Positions 53,301 to 64,000 of a DNA stretch of 64,000 nucleotides are shown here, piece after piece. The DNA comes from Phoronis australis (Eukaryota; Animalia; Phoronida): assembly GCA_002633005.1 (NCBI GenBank), contig NMRA01000009.1:977169-1041168 (forward strand). The letters are read 5' to 3'. Position numbers and translations under genes: made by a program. Position 1 is the first letter of the stretch; each line of letters begins with the position of its first letter. The notes beneath the pieces are model-generated. The model was not told the DNA's origin. It did no database searches and worked only from the letters and a program-made list of their open reading frames with translations.

Positions 53301-56300
53301 AAATGACATTGGCCTGGCCACCCGTTCCAATTTTTCTCAATTTAAAACTCATTGCGTACTGAGTGTTGAAACTAGTCCTGCCTGTTACGGCAACGACGTC
53401 CAACATTTCTTTCTATCATATTTAAAGCGACGACAAATCCACCATTCGTCGAAGAAACTAATTAACTTTAGATTTAAACCACATACTGCTACATATTTAG
53501 TCTCAACGTGTTCTATACTCACATGAGAAGTGACTTTTAGTCTTGTAAAGAACTAATTTCGTTATTCCTCAAGAGCATGCTCGAATAAAGTGACCCGCCG
53601 TGAGCATGCTCGAATAAAGTGACCCGCCGTGACAAGTCAACTTGTAGAGCCTCGTTTCAATTGGCAATAAAGAATTGTCATTTCTTTCCAAGTCCACAAA
53701 CCACACTTATTTTGATTAAGGAACAACTTGAGTTTATTGGAAGACGGGTTTATCGCCGCTTTGGCTTGCGCATGTCGGATTTAAGCAAGGGTGCGTCTTG
53801 TCCCAAGGGTGGTTTATGTGGGCAGGTTCAGAAATTGTCAAACTGGCCTAGTGGATGCATAAACTGCCAAGCACCATCTTAGGCCTATATGGATCGTGGT
53901 TGTTTAAATACTACATAAGCATTTAACGGTGAACTAGTGAGGTGCTCATTCGTTATAATTTCAATGCGCTTGTCCCTACTGCCCTGACAGTCCGAGGCAG
54001 CAAGAAGTAATAACACATTTCCTTAACGTATTTCAGAAAACTCCCTTTGTAAAAGAGCGGATTATATATCCTATGTGTATATCCTGCATCCATGTGTCCA
54101 GTTTTGAAAGGGTGTATCCGCCTTCATCACCTCGGCTACACATAAAACTTGGCAGAACATACAGAATGAAACTTCAAATACTGGCAGTTAAATAAGGATA
54201 CAATTCACGGTATCAACCCGGATGAAATTGAGAAACAAACGAATTTACGAGGAGACCACTTCACTTGATGATTAAGACAATAGTAAACAGTTGGGTCAGA
54301 TTACAGACACTTGAGTTACCTGCACTCAGTGTAACCTTCTCATACCAGTTCAGCCAATGGCTCTCCACAACTCCCCGATACTATCATTTACATATGTTCT
54401 AAGTCGAAACAGGTACAAACGGCTTAGCGATTGTTATCGATTGTGGTACACCGAAGATACAACTTATTCCAGAGCAGCCTTTTTGAAAACAATAGGCTGA
54501 TCAAAATTTCGATGAAAAAAGTAAATGTTTTTGAACAAGTACCAAAATCATGTTGCTCAATTAGCAATTCCTCATTGACTTAAGAAAACACATTCATAAA
54601 ATCAACAACTAATTACACAGGAAAGCAATTGCAACTGCTTGTTCACGTCAGTCCAATATTCCAATTTGAAGCAATGCTATTTAGGGCAACCGATCTCTGG
54701 TCGCCGAGTCATCACGACAGTTACGCAACTCAAAAGCAGGCAAAATATTCTAGGAATGGATTACATGTGTTAAAAGCACGAGTATTTGGTCCTGTCAGTA
54801 ACATACAAATTTCTCGATGTCGTCTTGATTAAATTATTACACGCTGATACTTTCTGATAAATCATCCCTTATCGGCCGCTTGTTGTTTTAATACAAGCCA
54901 TTCTAATCTCAGTTATTTTAAAAGTTGCTCACGTCCTGCCCACTGTTAGTTCAGTGTAAACACCTAGACACACATGGGTAGCTAAGACGTAAGTTTACAC
55001 GGATAAATATTAATCAAATATTATTAAATCGAGAATCAAAGTCTAAAAAGTCACATGACCAAAGTCAGATAAAGCGTCCTTATTAACTCGCGGTTTGTCA
55101 AGTGCAGCATGTATAAGGTGCGCACGTTTTCACACTTCATTTTACTTGAGTACGTTTCACAGTGCCTCCTCACTAATAGACCATGTTGTCATCACATGCA
55201 AATCGTGGTGCGAAACGAAAGTCTATTGATAGATACCGAGGGTATTTGTAAAATGTGCAAAGACGTTTCATATTAACCACATAACCAATTTTCACCAGAC
55301 ACATGTAGCACTGAAGTCGAATAGCATTTCACCCAGGTGATTCCATCGCATTCGTGTCCTCCGTTGCGCACAAAAGTACTGTGGAATTCAATCATTTCCA
55401 CTAGACTGTGTCATATTTACACCATAAGGGACAAAAATTGTACTGAGTCGACCCGGCCAACAAACTGAAAAGATGGTCGATTACATGATATTTTTTCCGT
55501 TTCAGAAGACACAAATACGGTGGAATCGCCCTCCCTCCGAAAAAGGTGGCTTCGTCAGTTATTCATCGGAGAATTGAAGTGTTGAGTCTACCGATGGTTG
55601 CCGTGAAAATTTATCAGATACACACTCAACAATCATCCAACAAATTAAAGATGATAGACAAATTCTTGCTACTGTTCTGATAATGAAGCAGGTAGACAAT
55701 ATTACGTCATGTTTTCGTATGAAGTCAGCCGCCAGTTGTTTATTCGCAAGTGATTAGAACAGGCTCAGCATTCTTGCTGATAAATTATTACTGACTCTTT
55801 ACTTTCTGAGCGAGGGATTAGGGATGTTACCATGAAAAACGGAAATATATATGTCCGATCTGTTACTTATCGACCTTCAGTCAAAAGGCCTAGTAGACAA
55901 TTACGATTATGAAATTGGCCCTAACTTGTTCGTTACTCAAATTAAACGTGATTTTTTACCATGGAAAGAAGTTTCAATCTGTTATTGCTTGAGATCAGTG
56001 GCAACAAGTTTATTTGTCACCGCGGTTTATTTTATCAGGCGAAAACAAGACAAAATCTAGGAACCTCGAAAAATGTCCAATTTTGGTCAATTTCGGAACA
56101 TTGTATTTCAGAAATGATCGATCTTTTTAAGATTCTTAAACATTTATATATAACGCTGTTGCAGTTTTCTAAATTATCGTTTCGTTTCTGCTTTATGCAT
56201 TTTTTCTTAAAAAACATACAAATACTATTTTTGATAACCCCTCATGCAAAAGTGGAGCATTTTATAAATCATTCCTAATAGCGTTTTGGACAATAGTGTT

Positions 56301-59300
56301 TTTAGTGAATTTGAAAAAATTCACATGAATGTGATCGGCAATTTCTGAGATACAATGTTCCGACAATGGCCAAAATTGGACATTTCTCAAGGTTCCTACA
56401 TAACCGAAAACTGGTTGAAGAGAAACCGAGAGGCTGAAAGGCTGGTCCCTTCCACCAGGGCAGTGATAAACAGACCCTTGTTTGGCCTTGATTTACCACT
56501 GGCCCGCCTTCTGATATAAAATAGACATTAGTACCAGGAGCTTAACCGCGTCTAGTGCCTATGAAGAAGTAATCAAGATAAAGCGTGGGAACTCTGTAAA
56601 AATACTCGACGAGTACTAAAACTATAAACAGTGAAACTGAAAGGACTCTGCGTTGATCTTAAGTGCATTTGATTCACTTGGCGGAAGGATAGTCAGTGAG
56701 GTTGGGAAATAACTTAAGTGACACAAACTATTATGTAAACCATATTCTGATGTTAAGAAATCATCTTTCATTGCAACCATATTTGCTCTTCCAAAGTACC
56801 CCCCATTGCGCTCTTATCCTTTGTTTGAATTGAAATTGGTTACCAAATGGCTTTAGATCTCTCTGACGATCACAATGCTTCGGCCATTGACACAAACACG
56901 CCGTGACAAGTAACATTATGGACCTGGTCTGCACCAATAACGACATGTCAAGGAACAAAATGAGACTGATTTTATGACACCAAAGCAAAACTGTTTTACC
57001 AAAAGCGTGGGTCTATTGCCCCTTTAAGAGAACTGAAGAGTCACATTAAGCATAAATATTTGAATTTTTTAAAACTAGTTCATATTCATGTTATTAATAA
57101 TTCAAAACCAGAAAACGAGAGCTTCAACACAGATTTATTACCAAAAACAAAGTCTCCTTTTTGAAAAAGAAGGTAATAAGAATTTATATTTCTAAGCCGA
57201 CGTGTCATGCTGTTTATTTAGAATTAAGCGATATGTCAATCACTTGATAAGAGAAACACAGCTAAGACTTTTTGCACAGTTGACCCCAAAAAGTTACATT
57301 AACCAAAAAACGCCATTCATCAGACAATACAAATGGCTGCTTGCCAAACTGATTGAAATGCACAATATCCACTGATTACAAATAATTGCATCTTCAGTTT
57401 AATAGACCCGCGTTGTCCATAACATTTACAATTTAGAATTTAAATATCAGGCTATTGGCGAAATGAGCTTTTGAACCGTGCTACTCCATAGGCAGGTTGA
57501 TACGACAGAGATAAGGGGCTCGGGCTAAGCCCCAAAATAAATTACGATCGACAAACTGCGATTAGCCACGAGTTACTATGTCAAAACTCGGTGGTCGTTC
57601 AAAGTTTTGCGAGATAGATACATAGGCCCGAGCGAGACCGCCTGCGTAGGAAACTGAGTAAAATCGCGAACAGATATCACAAACATTTGACTAAGCCAGA
57701 ATGGGCGTTTGATTTGCATACCTTGCATTAGCGCTCATAACCGAGGGTTAAATATTCGCGTTTAGTGGCATGTTTACTTGGTAAACAGCGAGTTGTTTTA
57801 CTTATAACTTTAACGAATCTTTAAGGTCCGCTTTTGTTGATGAATGCCGAGAGACCAAGCAACGGAGCTCAGACAAAAAGGTGAGCGTATTTTGTAATCA
57901 GACATTGTAGGAAACGTTAGAGTCGTGCCTTCATTCATCGACAAGTGTCGCTGGATCTCAGTCAACGAGAACTCCAGCCTTCAATGTATAATTTTTCTTT
58001 GGCAATAGAGTCTATGTAGATATGTTACGTGATGAAAATTCGAGACTATCTTAAAATATATCATGCTGTAAACATATACTTTAGGACAGAGACAATCAGA
58101 TGTGGTTGTACAGCGCACCTGACCATCTAGGTATGACACAGGTGGTGTGTGCTCTGACACCTGGTTGCCGTCATAACCATCAAGAGAATGAGAATTGAAA
58201 CATTTCAAATAAGTTATCACCGTTTTCGACATGACATAGTACCCCCAGTGTGATTATTGAGACATGTACAGTTGTCCCGTTATTCTATAAATACGAAATT
58301 AATGGCATTTCGACGCCAACTTGTATGTACTGAAGTGCATACCCACCAACAAGCGAGTCTTCGTGTAGTACACCTGTACACATAGACCAGTGCTAACTCA
58401 GTACTATTGCCATCCCATAATCTGATTAATGTGGTTATCATACTTTCGTAGCATTAGGCAAAGTATTTGCAGTTTTACGAAAAACGACAGGAGTCAACCA
58501 ATGTTATTCTATACTAAAATAATTTAAGATTTTGAGATAAAATCTCATTGAATAAGTTCTGTTGATGTAATTGCAAGATTTTTCATAGGCTGAATTCAAA
58601 TTTTTGAGAAAAATAGTCATACATATTATGTGACAGTTTTCAGAATCGCTCTTTTTCTGAGAGATTTGTTTTTATAGCTATTAATATTTTCCCACTCTCC
58701 GACATATGTTAAAACATTCTATTCATGAAAGCATTTTACAAATTTTCTCAATTCTTAGTTACAAATTTCCCTATAAATAAAATCACAAAGTAACCCTTAT
58801 TTATTGAAAAATGGCCGGGTTAGCTGGTTTTAAGCACCGAAAATCCGACATTCCTATTAAAACACGAATAATTTTAGCGCATTGCTGTCTAAGTGTTTGT
58901 ACCTAAAATACCCGTATAACGTTACAATGCACTTGAAACCAGACTGTGTTAGTGAATAAAAAACGTTGGTGGCCGGTTCAATGAAACTGGACGAGACAGA
59001 AGAGTTTCAAATTTTACCAAGCGGACATCTATTTGGCAATTGGATATAATTTTCTCCTGCCATAATGTTTCAAGTCATATAATACATTTCATAGAGACAG
59101 TTTTGTTACTGGCAGGGAAGAAAGCAGTGACTAGTTCTGCGGTTTATTTTGAATACAGGCTTCAGTTTTGTTCTTTCAACTGTGTCTCCGAGGCACTTCT
59201 TTCAACAGGAACCGGAAGTGGACCTTTCAATGAAGTTTAGTGGATAGTGGGTTGGTCTTTTCTTGGATCCAAACTATAACCGAAAAGGAAAAATGGGGCT

Positions 59301-60839
59301 TGGGGTTGAATTGAAGAATCGAGTGCAGAACATGATGCTGTAGAGCGGTTGGCCATTCGTACATATTATTCAGTGGAAAAGTTAAACATTTTATAGAAAT
59401 CGAAGTAGATGTATAGAAATCTTTCCTTTGGCAGTCCACCAAAACCTACATGGCCGAGGACTCCATAGCTACGTTTATTCAAGTGGTTGCTGATAGAGCA
59501 ATTTAATAATGGAAAGTTACAGAAGACGTATATTCATCTGTTCTCTGCGAGAAGTATGAATTGGTGAATATCATAAACAATTGTAACCTTCTTGTTTGCT
59601 GATCATATTTGAATATCGTATTACATTTATTAGTGAAAGGGCTATAAATTCAAAGTCGCAGCACGAAAATTTTGAAAAGCAAACAAAATAGATTAGGCAA
59701 CCTGGCGTTCACTGATGGAGCTGTTCCAACTGCAAAATGTTTATTGTAATGTTAATAAAGGCAAAGACATAAAAATGTCGACAATCAGTAAGTAAAATAT
59801 GTAATTAACTCTACGTCACTGTGTTTGGTCAGAAAATGATTTCTTTGATACAAACCCGTCAAAGAGTGAAAAGAAAGGTATATTTTGTTTTTTATTATAA
59901 ATAACAAACGAAAATTCTTTTCTCAAAATTTCCTGTGATCAACGATAATAAATGGATTCATGCGAAATTAAAGGTCATGGTTTATGAGTAAACATATTGA
60001 TAATAGATTATGCTATTTACATAAATATAAATACGATTATAATGAAAAATATCATTTTAATTTTATCTCAACACAAGAGGTGCAACACACAGATTAAATT
60101 ATGACGGCGAACAACCGTTGCTCTATGATATTGGCATTCATTTTTCCTTCGCATAAAGCGATAGTCCTGCTGGCGATTCAATCTCGACACCCCGTGGTTT
60201 AAAATGACTTTATAAGATTGGGAGATACCGAGATGGTGCATAGCAAGCAATCAGTGGTCATTATAGTCCACAGCCTACGTAAGGTATAATATGGATATCC
60301 ATTAACAACTAAACTCTTTAAAAATAGCTAATTACGTGTTTATTCTAATGCGAAGATTTCTTCACCACCAAGATATTTCTGCAATAATTGTTCTGCAAAT
60401 TACAAAATGAAGGTCTCTTTTCCACCATAGTGACTGTGTTCTGTTGACCGAGCGTAATCAATAATATCTAATTATCCATTAATTTTAATCACGTGTGTCA
60501 TAATTAATATCACTCTCCAGTACAAACAGCGAGCATTCCTAAGATCTAAAACCTGAGGTCTGATCGCCTAGTCTTATGTGGAATTTTGAGAGCTTGCCCA
60601 AATTAAGAGAGGAGCCTTTGAGAGCTTTATGCTTTAATACTAATGGTTGTCAGTTTCATTTTGTGACGTATGATTTTATAAAAATTGCTCTCGTAACGTG
60701 CTGCAGACCTTTGTTTAATGAGGGACTATTTAAAAGACGTACGGGGTGTGTAAATGATCAATTCTGTTCTCCCTTTGTCAACCATTATACCGTTTACTAC
60801 AATTATACCATTTTCTTCCAGGGAATAGTGCATTTCGGA

Positions 60840-61703
60840 ATGATTGTGCAAGGAGAGAATTTTCCCGTAAAGACAGGAAATATGATGGATGTTGACACAA
60901 TTCCAAAATTCTCAAGCTCTGCTATTAGTGCAGAAAAATTCACGGTAAACAATAACACCGACGCACTCAGCACGACGAGTTTCTATCTTACCAAAGAAGT
61001 ACACAGCATTGACGATGAATTCGATTCAGAGTATGATGAAGAGGTCGATGAAGAATTTTCTGAAGACGAATTTTTGCAGGAAGAGCAACAGACAGCACCG
61101 GAGAATGATGTCACGCAACAGCTTCTTAATTTTGCAGAGGCAGTTAACAGTGACATTCAGAGATTTTTTGGTCGAAAAGCTGAAGATGAAGATAGTTGCG
61201 ACATATATCAGGATAAATGGACTTCGGGGAAATCTGGAAGAGAGTTATATTACGCAGAACTTCTCAAAATAGCACAAGGAGGAGACACCGGTGAAAATGA
61301 ACCAAAGTCAAAAACAGACACGTCTAAAAATAAACATGACTCAAGCAAATCGAAACAATACTCAGGTAAAATGAACGTGAAAATTGGAGTTGGTCCTCTT
61401 GCAGAATTATTTGAATACGGATTGAGGAACTATATCAGTGATAAGAATTCAAATTGTGCAGCAAGGCATAAGCGCTTCAAAACGGATGTAACAAAATATG
61501 AACACCTTGTTCCCATGGCCGACAGAAAGTTACCTCGCTCATTTTGGAAAGAACCAGGAAATGAGGACACCGCAGTTGGAAAGAATGGGGTTGTTGACCC
61601 ACCGAAAGTTATTGACTTCAGCGATCTTATAGAGAGTTTAAATAGCAATAGTGAAAATTCGGAGGAATACGTAAACGATGTAGCAACAGAATTGGGACTC
61701 TGA
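60840..61703 (+). CDS. PERCC1: PERCC1 homologue (proline and glutamate rich with coiled coil 1), single coding exon
   Basis: Acidic stretch followed by QLLNFAEAVNSDIQRFFGRK...SCDIY...RELYYAELLKIAQG...GPLAELFEYGL...KYEHLVPMADRKLPRSFWKEP...DFSDLI. This is colinear with recalled human PERCC1 [20 protein letters not shown]...RELYYADLVRLARG...GPLAELFDYGL...PMAQRKLPPSFWKEP...DFSDLL. The start is taken at ATG 60840 (TATA-like tatttaaa at ~60727); the ORF is open from 60576. Confidence 0.9.
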   Translation: MIVQGENFPVKTGNMMDVDTIPKFSSSAISAEKFTVNNNTDALSTTSFYLTKEVHSIDDEFDSEYDEEVDEEFSEDEFLQEEQQTAPENDVTQQLLNFAEAVNSDIQRFFGRKAEDEDSCDIYQDKWTSGKSGRELYYAELLKIAQGGDTGENEPKSKTDTSKNKHDSSKSKQYSGKMNVKIGVGPLAELFEYGLRNYISDKNSNCAARHKRFKTDVTKYEHLVPMADRKLPRSFWKEPGNEDTAVGKNGVVDPPKVIDFSDLIESLNSNSENSEEYVNDVATELGL

Positions 61704-61844
61704 AAAATGTTGTGTGGATGACGAATTTACAGTGCGAGTATTTACTATCTAGAGAAACCTGTGGTGATTATCGGATTTGAATTTGATTGCATATCTGGCT
61801 AACCAAGTGCCACAGAAATCAAAACTGACAAATAATTAAGCCAA

Positions 61845-62106
61845 AGATCTCCACAGTGAGGTGGCCACAGCCAAATATCCACAGTCAGGCGGCCACAGCC
61901 AGGTATCCACAGTCAGGCAACTACAATCAGGTATCCACAGCCAGGTAACCACAGTTAGGTTGCCACAGCCAGGTAACCACAGTCAGGTGGCCACAGCCAG
62001 GTAACTACAGTCAGGTGGCCACAGCCAGGTGGCCACAGCCAGGTATCCACAGTCAGGTGGCCACAACCAGGTAACCACATTCAGGGGCCAGTCAGGAGGC
62101 CACAGT
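61845..62106. repeat. ccacagccaggt/gtcaggtgg minisatellite downstream of PERCC1
   Basis: About 17 degenerate 15-bp units. Confidence 0.85.
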
Positions 62107-64000
62107 CACCACCAACCGTGGCTCAAAGTAAAGAAAAAAGCAGGCAGTTTATTGGAAATTTTCGACATCTGTAAAAGTTGAATTTTTGGAGACACGTTAC
62201 CACTTTGTTTCCGCACTGATCTCGTCTGTAATGACGAAAGTGAAAATAGGTGCCAGAAACATGGCTGCAGGCTGTGTCCAACTTCGTTGTCCTTATCGCA
62301 ACTGTAAAACATGCAGACAACAGACTGTGTTTTGAAAGTAAATATCTTCTTCACCGTTCTTCGGTCGAGTTATGTGTTCTGAGGTGTCGCAAATGCTCAC
62401 CGTTGTTTTTGAAAGATGAAAATTGCCAAATTAAATTCTCAAGTTAATAGGATGCATTGATCACATGGAGGTTTTCATGGATCACTGCAAACTTGAAGGA
62501 TTTTTCTTTCACTGGAATGTGAAAAGCGGCTTTTTTTAATATTTACGTTTGGTAAAAAGTGTAAATTTTCTTCAATTACATTGGTAAACAATCCAGATAT
62601 TGCTGTTTCAAAAAATTGAATTTCAAGAAAATCCTAGCGGTTCTAATTTCTCCACGTGTAACTGTAACTGAATGTGAACACCTTGAAATACCTTGACTGT
62701 GTACATGTTGTTTTTATACAGGGTAAATGTCTGTCTCGTAGTCGTGCGTGCAATAAAACTATACATAGATGTTGTTTTACATGCCATCTATTTCCATATT
62801 TTGTCATTTCTAAAAAAGTCCTTTTTCGTCATATCAAGTTATCTCCCCTGGTATTTTCAACACGGCTCTACCCTTATGTTGTTGAAAGATGTATCCCAAC
62901 GGACCATTTAGACTACTGAAGATTTCCAGCAACTGACAGTTGTGGAATATGCCAGCTTTTGATGTTGAAAAGCGGTCCAAGGAAGCGACACATCCCGTAA
63001 ACTAAATCAACATGGGACGAATCGATGACAGTCGTAGAAAGAACAGTCAATGTTTGTTGCAAAGTATAATCGATCGCGATGTTTCATATAAACCCACAAG
63101 GAGCTTTTACTACTGTTTGGGTAACAATCAAAATGCATAGATTCATATATTTTGTAGAATTTCAAAAATAATACTATGGATTAAATTTCTCTGTCAGATA
63201 CATTTGATCATCAAAACAAAGACGGGTTGTTTCAGTCGATAAAAACTTGCACACTTCTTCTCTCGCATAATGGGCTTGTCATTGTTAAAAAAATTGCAAA
63301 ATGCATGTTAAGTTTTAATCAACACGTCTACATAAATTCCACAGCTTTTTCACAAAGTGCAATTGCGACAATTGGCGGTTACAGTCTACAGAAGTGGATG
63401 GGGGTGCAAGGTAAAACTTATGTCGGGCATTTGTCACATAGTTAAGCACTAATTAATAGGTCAATGAACACACTGTTTCACAGATTGTCAAGTGTGTAAG
63501 TCGGTTTAATATGCATCTGGAACTCAGTAAGCGTGATTATGAAGTACCTTAAATATGTTGATTGAAAATTCATCAACATTATTTAAACGGTTTTTAGTTT
63601 ATGTTTAGTTTTTTTCAAACTTATTCAATCAAACTGTTGCAGCAAAATAACTTTTTAAAATTGACTGGGTTATTTGGATATTATCATTTAACATATTAAT
63701 GACAATCTGAAACCTTTAAAATATTTTCAAAAGAAATTACTTTATTGACGTAACAAGAGTTTGTAAACCTTTGATTCATTGGTTCTGTTCAATCTAAAAA
63801 TTTCAAAACAATGATTTTTTATTTTTAAAATTATTCTCCATTGAAATAATACACTTCTCTCTTTAAGACTTGCTTTTGATGATCTTTTGATGAGGATTTA
63901 CTTTATGGATATTCCAATTTAATGTTCGGATAGAAGATTTGATCAGAACCCTTATATTTCAGAAAAAAAATTTGAAAAGAATCCATTTATTTCCGAAAAA

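Noticed and set aside
60576-60839. N-terminal 88 aa of the 375-aa ORF
   Set aside because: Does not resemble PERCC1 and contains a TATA-like box and an acceptor-like site; probably promoter, UTR or intron.

Overview
AT-rich, intron-containing animal genomic DNA from a gapped draft assembly. It is most likely an invertebrate, possibly a mollusc or other lophotrochozoan; the taxon is inferred, not proven. Three genes were recognised by translating by eye and recalling human protein motifs. (1) The 5' end of GRWD1/Rrb1 lies on the minus strand (1-~2090). (2) A ~35-kb multi-exon CCDC154-like coiled-coil gene lies on the plus strand (12676-47096), with three alternative C-terminal exons; one is an un-called poly-Asp/KKPPPKKP block-repeat exon. 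(3) A single-coding-exon PERCC1 homologue lies at ~60840-61703. CCDC154 and PERCC1 are also neighbours on human 16p13.3, so this looks like a deeply conserved micro-synteny around an enteroendocrine regulator, with candidate E-box, GATA and RFX sites in the spacer. Mobile DNA includes an internally deleted Kolobok transposon (THAP transposase plus KolX/P2X7-ballast-like ORF), an L1/Tx1 3' fragment inside an exon-junction-derived minisatellite, a HIRAN-like pseudogene in a DNA-transposon relic, and several MITEs. Two gap-flanking duplications are probably uncollapsed haplotypes. No database search was run.
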